Source: Antedon mediterranea (taxonomy: Eukaryota > Animalia > Echinodermata). From it: a DNA stretch of 64,000 bases. The DNA is taken from assembly GCF_964355755.1 (NCBI RefSeq), contig NC_092674.1, positions 24,428,001-24,492,000 of the forward strand. Direction: 5' to 3'. The position numbers and the translations under genes were made by a program. A model generated the notes under the pieces. The model saw only the letters and a program-made list of their open reading frames with translations, was not told the origin of the DNA and did no database searches. Positions within the stretch are counted from its first letter, which is position 1. The number at the start of each line of letters is the position of its first letter. Shown piece after piece: positions 12,901 to 25,678 of the stretch.

Positions 12901-15533
12901 CAGGCGAACATTTATAATCAAATCCCGTAAATTTAATTGAAATTCGATTATTATTCTAGGATAAACAATAAAGAGGCGTGTTTTATGAAAAACCTTTTTT
13001 ACAAATTCTTAGTAATTTTTTTACGATTTTTACCTTAGTTCGGAGTCTAGATATTTCCGATTGTTTTTCCTTCCTTTTCTTCCTCAATACATCAATACCT
13101 TCATGTTTTTTTTCAATGATCTTAAATACATTTCCAAATTGGTTGCACTAAACAAAAAAGTGATTCGTGATCACTCAGATGTCAATAGTTAAATTAACAC
13201 CAGTAAAATAAGTAATATTTTAAATGCTCTTCCGTGTAGATGAAAACTTCCGAGATTAGAAATGTGATCTAAATCGGTTTTATCATATGATTTTTATTGA
13301 CTCATTGTCTTTAATGTATTGTCATATCTGCTGTTATTACATTATATTTAGGCCTATATAACAGTATTTGACTGAGCGTTTGAGAGTGCTTTGCTCTACC
13401 GTGAGAACGAGTGTTCTCCCGTTTCGTACTTTTTTCATTATAACAATCTAAACCATATTCTACTTTTGGTGGTATTCATGGGACCCACCGTTACATCAAT
13501 AGACGAAACCATTTCTAATTTCTCGCTTACCTGAATAAACCAAGCATGCGCTCTCTCGTTCAAAGAGCAAAAAAAAAAATATAATATCCCTATATAATAA
13601 TGGACTAATCCGGCAAATTGTTATACAATACCTGTTCCAGTATGTCCTGTAGTATGGAGCACATTGCGTCATCCAAGTTAACCCAGTTGGAGAAAACCTC
13701 ATAAAAAGCCGGGTTACTTTCATTTTTAGACCATTCCAACAGTGCACTTGATACTATATAGTAATGTATATAAATAATCGGACTATTAATTTACACCGTA
13801 AATATTCAGCAAGAGGAATAATCGGACTATTAATTTACATCGTAAATATTCAGCAAGAAATGCGTTTAGCTACGAATTTCCACACTAGGTTCCCTAGCCA
13901 CAACGCAAAAACAAGTTGAACAATGGCAAGCAAGAATTCCGATGAGCCATCGCCTGCCTGCGATTAGTCAAGTTACTTAGCCTACTGAAAAATCTTGAAT
14001 TTTTCTCCTTAACGTCGTTCCAAATTCTTTCCTAATGTCAATTCTTCCTTTTCCCCGAACCTACTGTTCAACATCTACCCTTTATGACGTTTAAGCTTGG
14101 TTCCCACTAGGACGCAACGCGACGTAAATGCAACGCAAGCGTGTTGACCAATGACCAGCGAGAGTTCGAATAATCAATTGCTTGTGATTGGTCAATTCCT
14201 GTTACGTCCTTGTGTTGCGTCTCTAGTGGGAACCAATCATAGGGTGTCACGAAACCTAAAACCACGAAAGCTAAGACCCCCTAAGACCTAAGATCACGAA
14301 AGCTAAGACCCAAGACCTAAGATTACAAATTCTAAGATATATTACAGCTTAAAAACAATACTTGTTTATCCATACATAATTTTAAACACAGTAGGTTTCA
14401 TTTATTACCATAAATATAATTAAATACTACTGCAAAACATAGATAAACTCACATTATTTCGCCCGTTGAGCAAACTTGACGGGTTGTTTGTTAGTATATA
14501 TTTACTCCATTGTGTTGGTTCAGAGGATGTTTTTCTTACGCACCTGCCTTTCTAAATTCTTGTATTTTGACTCCAAATTTGTTGACTAACTCTATCCTGA
14601 ATACCACACTTTAAAATTAGGATTTAAAAGTACTTTCAGAAGGAGAAACACATAAAAACAAATAAATAAATCCTTTAAATTGATGATTTTACAGACATGT
14701 TTCTTTGTATACTCATAGAGATATTATAGTGAACTATTATAATATCTCTACTATACCTGTGACTCCTCGAGTTCCCCCCATGCTCAATGTTTTTGTTTCT
14801 ATGAAGCGCCAAAATAGCAACAATAATAGTACAAGTATAAAAACAGAAAGAAAACGAAACAAAAAAACTTATTATCATGATTTTTAAATTAAAATGTATT
14901 TGCCAGTATTTATTTCTTCGTACTTGCATGATTATACTATTATCATTACAATTTTAATTTTACATTGTTCCATCCACACTGTAGATGGACTCCACAGAGT
15001 TTTCAGCCCTCTATATAATTTTTGCTCTTTTGACGTTCCATAGAAACAAAAACATTGAACAGGGGTAGGCCTACTGTACTGTAGGCTATAATTCATGCGA
15101 AATTTGCAAACAGTTTGTGTGCGAGAAAAACGTCTGTAAAATCATCAATTTAAAATTGTATTTGTTACTTTTTATGTGATTCTTTTTCATAAAAGTGCCA
15201 ATTCTAAGGTGTGGTATTCAGAATAAATGTTGGGAGGTAAAATACAAGGCAGGTGCGAAAGATAAATATTTGTAATCTTAGGTCTTGGGTCTTAGCTTTC
15301 GTGATCTTAGGTCTTAGGGGGTCTTAGCTTTCGTGGTCTTAGGTTTCGTGACACCCACCAATCATACGATAATATCGGTGCTTTTCAAGATTCTTACATT
15401 TTTTTATATTTCTTGATAGGTTTCCTATGGAATCCTTGAGTGCATTTTGATAAAAGAAAACATCGTATATGATACTTAGACCGGTTATTTTCATCATCTT
15501 GTGAACATTTCTTCCCATTGTCTTGTTTGCCAT
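6983..15533 (-). CDS. Paralog A: BAR-like domain plus ITAM/YxxM/SH3-ligand tail, 12 exons, ~661 aa
   Basis: Exons: 15533-15398, 13753-13632, 13147-13034, 12551-12477, 11633-11565, 11174-11033, 10619-10506, 9818-9666, 9350-9189, 8668-8237, 7885-7508, 7071-6983. All GT-AG, total 1986 nt, no internal stop. Exons 1-6 are homologous to those of the other three copies. The last acceptor is the least certain. Confidence 0.8.
7334..7489. mobile_element. MITE family 1 copy in the last intron of paralog A
   Basis: GCTTGGTTCCCACTAG...CTAGTGGGAACAAAGC inverted ends. Confidence 0.8.
8972..9119. mobile_element. MITE family 1 copy
   Basis: TAA-GCTTGGTTCCCTCTAGGACG...CGTCCTAGTGGGGACC..CAAGC-TTT. Confidence 0.75.
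14242..15356. mobile_element. Non-autonomous Mutator-like element with ~88-bp TIRs and 10-bp TSD, in intron 1 of paralog A
   Basis: GGGTGTCACGAAACCTAA... at the left end and its reverse complement ending at 15356. ACCAATCATA is duplicated at 14232-14241 and 15357-15366. A second foldback lies inside at ~14539-15257. Confidence 0.85.
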
Positions 15534-16887
15534 TTTAGTTTAGTTCCTGAAAAAAAAATTTGCAAACTTTTTTAAATAAATACATTTTAATGTATAGCTG
15601 TAAAAAAGGAATTGAAAAAATGAAATGACAAATTAATTGTCTGTATTTTCTTGTGTACGTAAAATTAAAAGAACTTTTGTGCCAACGTCACCAATTAAAT
15701 TAAATTGCATACGCTCGCCACAGACTCAACGATGAAGTATAACCAAGGAAGAGCAGCATTTAATCGACCCAAATACAACACTTCTGCTTGTTCCATTGAT
15801 GTATAGTAGGCCTATGTTGTTCAGTAAAATAACCATCAAGTTGGAGTTCTATGACCGTACCTTACACTATGATCGCAAGTAATGCAATAAATATTTAATT
15901 CCAGACAGATTTTTGCTCGACGCCGTATTTATTTATACAAGTCTACCTACGCAGCAAATTTAATTGGCGTAGTAGTAGTAAAAACAGGAAAATTGAATTG
16001 AATACAATCATTACAGTTTAATAAAATTATTTATTTCCGTAGAAAAAAGGGAAAACTTGATTTTACTTATAAAAGACGCAAAACGGTAACCAAAGTTGTC
16101 TTGTGTTGAGAGACTATTTTATTATTATTTGCTTTAAATTGCAGTTTTTAGGTAAATAATTGTTTTCCCATCCAATTTTTGCTCAAAGATAATACATATG
16201 TGGCATTAGAATGGCATTTTCAACCACTTTTTTCCACTGTATAACTTTAATAGTTTCAGTTAAAGAATTCTTCATGCTTTAACCGCAACTGTAAACTAAT
16301 TCTCCCACGGTAGATTGTTACTATGTTGTAAATATATTAGTTATTCTATAAAAACAAAAGAAATGTATTGGGGTCAAAAGTCAACCACGTATAATTTACT
16401 ATAAATTTTAAGCACTAGAAATAAAATCAATGCAATGCATACTGGATTTATTCAATCAATGTGCATAGTATGGTATGTGTTAGAGGTTGTGAAAGAAAAA
16501 TATTTGGGGGGTGTTTTTTTGCTTGGCTGATAGTAGAAAAGTAAGAATTATCGTATGCGTGGTTGGTAGACATGATACAGTAAGGCCTTGTCTACACTAT
16601 CAAACTTTATGTGAAAAAAATGTGATGTGCCTATTATGGACATGATGATGTCATAGGCACATTTCTACCATATTTGGGCATATCACACTTTTTTTGTCAA
16701 ACGACACCACTGGCGATGCGATATTGCTAATGATCCCGTGATCAACTTCTCTGTCAAATAAGAATCGTTTTATCTAACAACAACCGGAACAGTTTGTGAT
16801 TTCTTCTTCCGGTTCGAACTGAAACAACCATTAATTTCTTGGAATGACTGATGTTCGTAAATCATAATAATCAAATCTAATAATATG

Positions 16888-17145
16888 TAATTTTCCGAAC
16901 TTTACAATAGTGCATTATGGCAATGCGGTGAAGGGATCCTAAACAGTACTGTAGGTGTCATGCGCATGAGTTATTTTCCTAACTATACAATAGTGTTTTA
17001 TGACAATGCGGGGAGAGGGGATCCTAAACAGTAATGTAGGTGTCATGAACATAAGTTATTTTCTTAACTTTACAATAGGCCTAGTGTTTTATGACAATGC
17101 GGGGAGAGGGGATCCTAAACAATAATATAGGTTTATGAACATGAG
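16888..17145. repeat. ~85-bp tandem repeat, 3 units
   Basis: TAGTGTTTTATGACAATGCGGGGAGAGGGGATCCTAAACA recurs three times. Confidence 0.75.
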
Positions 17146-17724
17146 TAGAAACGAGTGTATTGCAAATCATAGTGTTTTCGTCGACGACCCGGGTGGGCCC
17201 TTTTTTTTCTTTTTTTTTTTGCGACACTGGTACATCATGTGCATTTGCATTGATATAAACGCTGTTGACTGTCAACTCAAGGTAATACAGCCGGATTCAT
17301 ATATTATCCCATAAAGAATCCCCACGTTTAGGCCTATACAGTATTATTTCCATTTATTGTATTTTGTCTATATGACATAATATGCTAAACCTAAAGTTAT
17401 TTATTGTTACTGTTGTAACTGTAATGATTTAAATTAAATATGCATAATTATTGTTCATGCATAATAATAATAAATTAAACCTAATAAGTAGATTATAGAG
17501 TTCCTCCACCTTACACGTATTTTTTTTGTATTTATCCGGTATAAACAAAATACATTCCCATAATAATGGAAGCCTAAGTCAAACATCACTTCCTTCATTG
17601 TTAAACATTGTAAGCCTATTATTTTATACATGCAGTTAAAATGGGTTGCGGCTTACTACGTTTAATGTAACCAAAAAATGTAGCAAAAAAAGTGATTTGC
17701 CCAAAACAAGGCTATTCTACTTAC

Positions 17725-17761
17725 CCAAACAGACGATACGTTACGTGTTATTTCCAATTTG
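17725..17761 (-). other. Probable 5'UTR exon of paralog A
   Basis: Ends in GG|GTAAGT. Its GCAAATTGGAAATAAC core is shared with the segment at ~33557-33586 upstream of paralog C, and a similarly placed donor lies at ~25885 upstream of paralog B. Confidence 0.45.
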
Positions 17762-18084
17762 CTGTAAAAACAATAGTACTGATATACGGAAATCGTTCAT
17801 TTGGTTTCTAATAGATTAACGTGTCGAAAGGAGTATAGAAACTAACTTCACAGACCTCGGAAACTGATACCGGCGGAAGCATAATACATTAGTATTATTG
17901 CGCACGTCAACGCCAAATTTGGTACATGATTATAAGTACTGTAATAACCAGTTATGTTTAAAATTACTTTTTAAAACTTTTTACTGGTCAGTCAGAGGTA
18001 ATACGTCATAATTCATATCCTCCTGGTATTTATTTATTTATTTATTAATAATATTGATTTGCTAGTTTCTTTGGTTTTGCTACA

Positions 18085-18203
18085 TGACCGCTGCTGACCT
18101 CTTTGGACAAAACTTCGTGATTTATGTACTACTGTATTAAATGCTAAATGCAGTAGTTCACAAATCATGCAGTTTTGTCCAAAAAGGTCAGCAGCAGCAG
18201 TCA
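18085..18203. repeat. ~120-bp near-perfect hairpin
   Basis: GCTGCTGACCTCTTTGGACAAAACTTCGTGATTTATGTACTACTGTATT pairs with AATGCAGTAGTTCACAAATCATGCAGTTTTGTCCAAAAAGGTCAGCAGC. Confidence 0.75.
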
Positions 18204-19412
18204 AAATTTTGGTATCTTTATTTTTCTGTGACCTTTTTACTTTGTAGCCCTTTTTAACACGATTTGACTCTTCTATTTATGCTGCCAAATCTAGCCCAAA
18301 AATATAATGAAAAAAGTTACTAAAAGCTGGATTATTAATGAATGTGATGTTCTCATCACGTACAGCAAATCACTGAACACTCATATTATATTATTATATA
18401 AGTCTAAATCTTAACATGCATATTATATTATTATATAAGTCTAAATCTTAACATGCATTGTTCTTCTAAAAATACATTCTTCGGGAAGTTTACTCTTATA
18501 AAATGTATAAAAGTACTATAAGAAATTTAAAATTTACAATTGATGTTAATGTCATAAAAACCACATTTTTAGAAGTGATAATATTGAGCTCCCATATTAT
18601 AATATTAATATAGTTTCCATATTATATATGATTGTATTCCTAATTATTTATGTATAAAGTTTTGTTTTAATAGCCAACAGCACTGAAGTTAATTCACATT
18701 TTATTATAAAAATTGCGGAAATCCTGGTGGTGGTAAAGTTGACCTTTTCAGTCGAGGTCTTGAAGGAACTTGAAGTTTATTGTTCTGTAAAAAAGTACAC
18801 ATACATGTATTATAACATGTGGTTTAAATAGCAATTTGAAGAGATTGGAAAAGTTGACCATTTTGGCTATCTTTGCGATACATACGGATGCGGTTGTGGA
18901 ACTTTGGCCGGAAAGGAGGACCAGGTTTGGCCGGTTAGGCTGCAAGTTCAACGAGCTTTGCAAGACATACTTTGTGGCAGAAAATTCACACTGTGAATCA
19001 ACATAAATATCTACAAAACGTGTGCTAGATTGGCGATGCTATGACACCGAAATATGGGACATCTGAGAAGGAATTTTTAGATGGACAATAGTATGTTTAA
19101 ATTTAAAGGTGTGTGGTGTTAAACCAAAAGAAACACATCACGTATGAGCAGCTCGTGGAACGCATCGTTCAGCGGAAAAAAGTCGTAAAAGTTATTATGA
19201 GAAGAATCGAACTTGTGAAAAGATAAATATGAACTAGTAAAGAGAGGTTGGCATCCAAAAGTTGTAGAAGAGGAGGCCAAATGTGACGTGTAAAGATATG
19301 GTAAAGAATGGAAGAAGAAACGTCGCTTTTGGTGAACATATTGTGCAAGACGGAGTAGAGAAATGGTGGAAGTCAGTAACAAGTTGGAAGTGGAACAAAA
19401 TTAGCTCATTAA

Positions 19413-19623
19413 AGATGTATTGTCCCCCAAAAACATAAAATATGAAGATTAATTAAATCAGACTTTGAATATGTTATTGTTTGCTTTAAACTACATTTTT
19501 TCAGGTATACATTTTTTTTTGATCCGATTTTTGGTCAAAGTGGATAACATTATGTTACATTAAAATGGAATATTCCCAAAAAATTGTTTTAAGAATTATT
19601 TTTTTCAGGGGGACAATACATCT
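19413..19623. mobile_element. TTAA-specific non-autonomous DNA transposon (Kolobok-like)
   Basis: TTAA|AGATGTATTGTCCCC...GGGGACAATACATCT|TTAA. Related internal sequence occurs at ~16020-16230 and ~60828-61131. Confidence 0.75.
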
Positions 19624-19690
19624 TTAAAAGATAAAAGAATTCATTAATTGTGTATGCTAAAGCAATGTATTATCTAACCCTGTTTTCGGG

Positions 19691-22600
19691 TCACTGGTCA
19701 TTTGAAGGACAAAGAGATGTGGAGATGTTCGATGGAGTTGGTTTACTTCTAAAAGGGGTTCCAACAAGTTCCGAAAATGTTCGAATATTATGGTCGTCGT
19801 TTGTGTGATATCTCGATGGAGCAGGCTTTCTGTCAGAAGACGATCGAAGAAGTCTTGAAACTGCTGAGATATTATCGCTTGGATTATGTCTGAAAGACGC
19901 GGAAGTATGCAAAACACTTGTATAGATATTTGATGAAGGTTCACCGCCGCCGGAAGTTGCTCCAAGATGCCTTGATACTTGTGGAATGCTGTGGTCGCCA
20001 ATATCTAAAACATAAACAGCATCAATGTATCACAATATATCGAAACAAATTTAACTGAATTTTGACATCTTAAATAGGCCTATTCATATTAATAAAGGTT
20101 TTTTTAAATTATTATTACTTTCAAAATTGTTATTGAGCTGCCCCAATTTGCTTGCCACACTTTACAAGGATAATCAAGTAAAACTTAACCAACAGTAACA
20201 TTATTAATGGAATCTGATTGTAGGATTTGATGAACTAAGAGTATATTTTCTTTTAAATTTTATTTCAACTACATATCTGCGTACTACAGAAACAATCAAT
20301 ACGAAATTACACAGTGACAATGAATGATAACTAACCACCAGTCAATGTAATATATTATATTATTATATTTTAGTTTCACCTGTTTTGGCAATATTCGATG
20401 AATTACCATCGCTGTTTACCGTGTCATTGGTCGGTATGTTTGTCTTTGTTCGCCGGGAACTTTTACTTTTCGTAAAAGATGGCAAACGCCAATTAAAATC
20501 AGATTTCTTGGCTTTATCTGTAAATCCAAAATAGAGTTTAAGATTATTTCATTCAACCAAGACTGAAACTGGTATATGTTAACACAAGATCCTAAGTTTA
20601 ACGGAGACACGTTCAATGAATACTGAAGTAAACCCCAGAAACTGAGGAAAATGTTTAGTAACGATAAAGAGCGCACTATGTCAGCCATGATGATATTTGA
20701 ATTTTGTGACGTCACAAATATATTAATTTTCTAAATGATAATTATAACACAAACAACAATAGTTTTTGACATTTTACTATGTAATGAAACCATAAGTAAC
20801 ATTAGTCGAGAAATCGATTTAGTTTACCGATTTTCGTATCGTTTTTTTTTCGTATTCTTATTTTAATTACCTTGTGATGTTTCACTACGTGGATTATCTG
20901 AACGTAGGCCTACTTCTGGATTACGTAACTTGTCTGAATGTTCTTCTAGATTACGTAACTTGTCTGAATGTTCTTCTGGATTACGTAACTTGTCTGAACG
21001 TTCTTGTGGATTACGTAACTTGTCTGAACGTTCTTCTGGATTACGTAACTTGTCTAAACGTTCTTCTGGACTACGTAACTTGTCTAAACGTTCTTCTGGA
21101 TTACGTAACTTGTATGAATGTTCTTCTGGATTACGTAACTTTAACTGATGTAAGGTATTTGTAACAATTGTCTGATTTTCTGTGAAAAAAAAAACATTTA
21201 TCACTATGTAGGCCTAATTAGGTACATAATTTTGTCAGTGGTAATAGGTCCAAAAGATTCTTCATTACTCGTACAGAAGGAATGCCTTCATAATAGTCAC
21301 TCAATATTAGGAATACTGTATAATGTTTAAATAATACCATTGAATATTATAGTTATTAGTAATGTTAATTTTACTTGCTTACTAATTACGTATATTACAT
21401 TGCACATCGTGATTAATTATACATATTGAGTTTTGGTTGTTGTTGAGCCAATGTCAAACAAGATTTGGATAGTAATTATTCCAAATAATGGGGTGTTTTA
21501 AATATTAAATAGATAAAGTTAAATAATATGTTATCATCGCAACATAACATAAATTACCAACCGAGAAAGGTACTACTATAGTATTAAATAATAGAAATTG
21601 AATAATCACCATCTGTAGAAGAAGATGATGGCTCTGAGCTGTCTTTTATATTTAGAGCGATTTTTGACTGAGCCTTGAATATCAGTCGGATGTCTGTTGA
21701 GCATTTTAACCAACACTCGCTGTTGGCCACTAGTACATCTCTGACCATTTTAGCCTATGGAAGCAATTTGAATTTTTTTAATCATCTGACAATAAATTAT
21801 TAGTATGTTAGGTTTTTTGCAGCAGAGAACAAAAAAAGACCTTTGTCCATAGGATTTGGTGTTTATTCTAGGAACAACCAGTATATTTTGATCAGCCGAA
21901 CGAAGACGAGCAAGAGGGGTTTAAGAGGGAAGAAGATCAAGTAGATAAGTAGGTTGTTTAAGTAGTCGCGCATTTTAATGTTAGTAAAAGGATCTTATGT
22001 TTTATAAGGGAGTCAATAGGTAGCCAATGGAGGTTATATATAAGGAGATATTTGTGACAATTAAGAAATTCTTGTAAATTGTCCGGACTCTACGCATCAT
22101 CTCCTAGTGCCATTTCTTTTTGTTTACGATGCTCTCAAATACTCTTCTATCGCATGATTTCCTACCTTCCACATCTCTCAGAGTGCTTTTACTTCTGTGC
22201 ATTAATGAGTTTGTTATTCATGGATAGTTTTTGTTTTCATCTTTGTTGTGTTGCCCATGTCTCGTCTTTACTTGTATCAACATTAATGCTGTTTTTTTTG
22301 TAACATTTAACAATTAAATTTTTATTTATTTCTCTATTTTTCCTCGCAATGTCATGTGATTTCCTGTGCTGCCTTGCTTCTTACATAAAAGTTTTAGTGA
22401 ATGACAAATTTTTAATAAATATTTTTTTTTGTATAGTAACAACTCACCTGTTCCTTTTCAAAACAGAATGTTTTTCGTGTCAGTTTTTCATTCAATTCAT
22501 AAAGGTCTTCAAGGCCCTGAATAATGTAATAATGAAATAAGCATAGAGTTTTTTTGTCACATCAAGTTTGATAGTGTAGACAGAGCTTAAATCAATGTTG

Positions 22601-24427
22601 TTCAGATTGATCAACGTGCTTAATACCCAAACAAAAGTCATCTTTAACTTTGCCAATGACTATTGATTATTACAGTTTGAAAACAAATTATTAATTAATA
22701 ATATTATATATAAGAAATACCTTATTTAACTCCACTTGCAGTTTGTCATTGAATTCCGCAAACCGTTTTCCGCCAACTAGTTTCACTGTGTTAATCTGTA
22801 AACATTATAAAATGGCATAATTAAATGTTAGAAATACGTTGGATAGAATCTTGGGTTTTCTAAGATGATTATTATAAATCACAAATCATTATAACAATTA
22901 AAAATATAAGGTATCAAAATAGTAAAAAAACTTGGGAGGAATAGAGATGCAGCTTGGTGGTTAAGATTATCGGCTTCGTATCCGGCCGAATCCATGGAGC
23001 CGGGTTCAAATCCCTTCAAGATTTTCACTACAAAAAAACTACAGTTATTTTGTTGTAGTGTATAAGTAGTATTAGAACTCCACTGTCAAAGCATCATGCG
23101 TATTATTTTTCTCGCGGATTGACACCTTTGGGGAGGACTGTGAATGAATTCGCTAATATTTTAATCTTTAGCTATATATAATGTAATAAAGAAAATAATA
23201 ATACAATTGTTTCCTTCTTTACCTTAGTTCGTATTCGAGATAGTTCCGTCTCTTTACTATTCCGTTTCTTCCTCAACAAATCAATACGTTCATGTTTCTG
23301 TTCAATGATCTTGAAAGTCGTTCTGAAGCCGTTGTACTATAGGAAATATGAGATTGTGTATGTTTTCTTGACTATTGTAGACGGACAATAGCAATATATT
23401 CGGCCTATTAAATAATTGTTTTGGTTTCATTGTTTAGTTCTCATATTTTCTGTCTTTCAGCAATAATATATATAATAACTGCTTTATCTGTGTGTGCCCC
23501 GTTTGAATTTAGATTAACACTCTGTAGCGACCATTGTCTGATTTCATTTCATTATTTATTTGGTCTTATTCACCAAAAAAAAAAAACAATTTTGGATACT
23601 AGGGTACGGTCACTGTGGCAGAGTCGGGTCAGCTGGGTGGAGATTGTTTTCCCGAAGATCCTATCGCTAATTTAAATGTTATTTATTACCATTACGTCAG
23701 AAGTAGACAATTTATATTACCTGTTTTCGTATATCCTGTAGTATGGAGCACATTGCATCATCCAAGGTAACCCAGTTGGAGAAAACCTCATAAAAAGCCG
23801 GGTTACTCTCATTTTTAGACCATTCCAACAGTGCACTTGATACTAATGTATAGAATAATATAAATAGGAAACCTCTCAGCAAAAGGATCCCAGCAATGGA
23901 AACAAGCCAATACCGGTAAGCTTTTTGGGCTATCATGGAAAACCTTTTATAAATGGATTTATTTGTAATGTCAGTAATTTATGTTATCACTTTGTATGTA
24001 TTTTTTATTTTTATTTTTCTAATAAATTCAAATCAAATAAAAATCATAATATGCAATTTTATTTGTATTTCGATGCACATTATATTAATGAATCAGGATT
24101 GGAAATGTTTAGATTGTACATTCTATTGATTGACTGGGTTATTTTGACATTACCTTTCAAAAAGTTAAACTTTTTTTATTTATTTATTTATTTATTCGGT
24201 ATATAAAAATATATTACAAAACGACAGTCAAGGACTGAAACTTCAATACATATAAGTGATGATATGTGCTTTGGAAAGAGATAAACACAATTCTTACAGT
24301 TTTTAATATTTCTTGATAGTGTTGTTACGGAATCCTTAACTGCGTGTTGATAAAACAAAACATCGTATATGTTACGTACACTAGTCGTCTTCATCATCCT
24401 ATGAATATTCTTCCCGATATTTGCCAT
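19691..24427 (-). CDS. Paralog B: BAR-like domain plus minisatellite-expanded, tyrosine-poor tail, 9 exons, ~462-471 aa
   Basis: Exons: 24427-24298, 23842-23721, 23336-23223, 22795-22721, 22516-22448, 21754-21610, 21179-20871, 20517-20407 (alternative in-phase donor at 20380), 20004-19691. All GT-AG, open frame, 1389 nt with the shorter exon 8. Confidence 0.8.
20905..21142 (-). repeat. Coding 30-bp minisatellite (~8 units, KLRNPEERSD) inside exon 7 of paralog B
   Basis: Unit TTCTTCTGGATTACGTAACTTGTCTGAACG repeats with a 30-nt period between a valid acceptor (21179) and donor (20871). Confidence 0.92.
21815..22075 (-). mobile_element. L2/CR1-type LINE 3' fragment
   Basis: The - strand reads LVVPRINTKSYGQRSF, characteristic of the C-terminus of L2 ORF2. 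Confidence 0.5.
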
Positions 24428-24477
24428 TATTGTGGAGTTCCTGAAAATAAACAAAAAAACACACGACAAAAAATACA

Positions 24478-24945
24478 GATGTCAACATTTTCGTCTACCG
24501 ACAATAATAACAAGGTGTAGTATTTGCGTCAACCAATGTCAACATTTGCGTCAACCGAAACGTATAGCAGAACACTACAAGATTAGCAGATGTCGTATTT
24601 CGCGTCAACCGATGTCGACATTTACGTCAACCGAAACGTATGACAGAACACTACAATATTAACAGATGTCATGTTGACGTCAACATGTGCGTCAACCGAA
24701 ACGTATAACAGAACACTACACTATTAACAGATATCATGTTGACGTGTTGCGTCAACCGAAACGTATAACAGAACACACGATTAGCTCCTTTGAGCAATTG
24801 TATATCACATGAATTTCCGTATGGACAAATAAAATGAACTATGAACTATGTCGTATTTTGCGTCAACCGATGTCAACATTTACGTCAACCGAACCGTATA
24901 TATAACACTACAATATTACCAGATATCATTTTTGCGTCAACCGGC
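24478..24945. repeat. Degenerate tandem repeat just upstream of the first coding exon of paralog B
   Basis: Recurrent GCGTCAACCGAAACGTATAACAGAACACTACA and ATGTCAACATTT units. Confidence 0.75.
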
Positions 24946-25540
24946 AATGTTTGCTTAGGACAACAACATTTCAGACTTTGTTCAATGTGTACATGGTTAA
25001 AACGTATAGTAAAAAACACACAATCGGACCCGTTTTAGGTTTTATCTGCTTCATTTCGAAATGACCAGTGGGGAGAGGATGAATATTAAATGACAATGAA
25101 AATGTTTGGTTTTTCAGAAAAAAGATCTCATAAATGAAGCCGAACTGTTTTTTTTAAATGTTTTTCAATACTTATCTAAATATTTATCTTAAGTTAATTG
25201 CATTATACTACCTTATTGTTTGAGCATTTACTTCCTCCAAGTTCAAACTTATGTGTTCGTTCACTCATATAGTTGTATTTATTTAAAAAATCAAAAATAT
25301 AATACATGGCAGGCCGTAGCCTGAATTCCTAATTATATTTACAATTATTTGTAATTAAAATTAACTCGACCAAAAAAGTGTAGTAAGAATAGTGTACATG
25401 AAATAAAGTAGTGGTACAGTAGGTTAAGCCTAGCCAATAAAACATAGACAAAGAGCAACCACAGTCTAGGCCCTATATTTTCTCAATTGATAGACAAAGT
25501 ACAATACAGTAATTATTATTTGACTTTTTGTCTTTAGAGA

Positions 25541-25678
25541 TCTATCTACACTATCAAACTTAATTTAACAAAAACAATGTGACGTGCCCATATATGGATC
25601 CGATGATGTCATATCACTACCATATTTGGGCACATTACACTGTTTTTGTCACATAAAGTTTGATAGTGTAGACACAGA
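25541..25678. mobile_element. MITE family 2 copy
   Basis: TCTATCTACACTATCAAACTT...AAGTTTGATAGTGTAGACA inverted ends. Confidence 0.75.

Noticed and set aside
19657-20001. 114-aa ORF as the last exon of paralog B
   Set aside because: Wrong frame. The phase-1 acceptor at 20004 selects the frame ending at 19691, which is homologous to the last exon of paralog C.
20874-21164. + strand repetitive ORFs (LLDYVTCLNV)n and a CRISPR-like appearance
   Set aside because: Antisense readings of the coding minisatellite. The units are contiguous with no unique spacers, and the context is eukaryotic with no cas genes.
22949-23020. tRNA-like sequence with A and B boxes
   Set aside because: No consistent acceptor or anticodon stems, and similar heads occur elsewhere (40025-40166). 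Interpreted as a SINE remnant.
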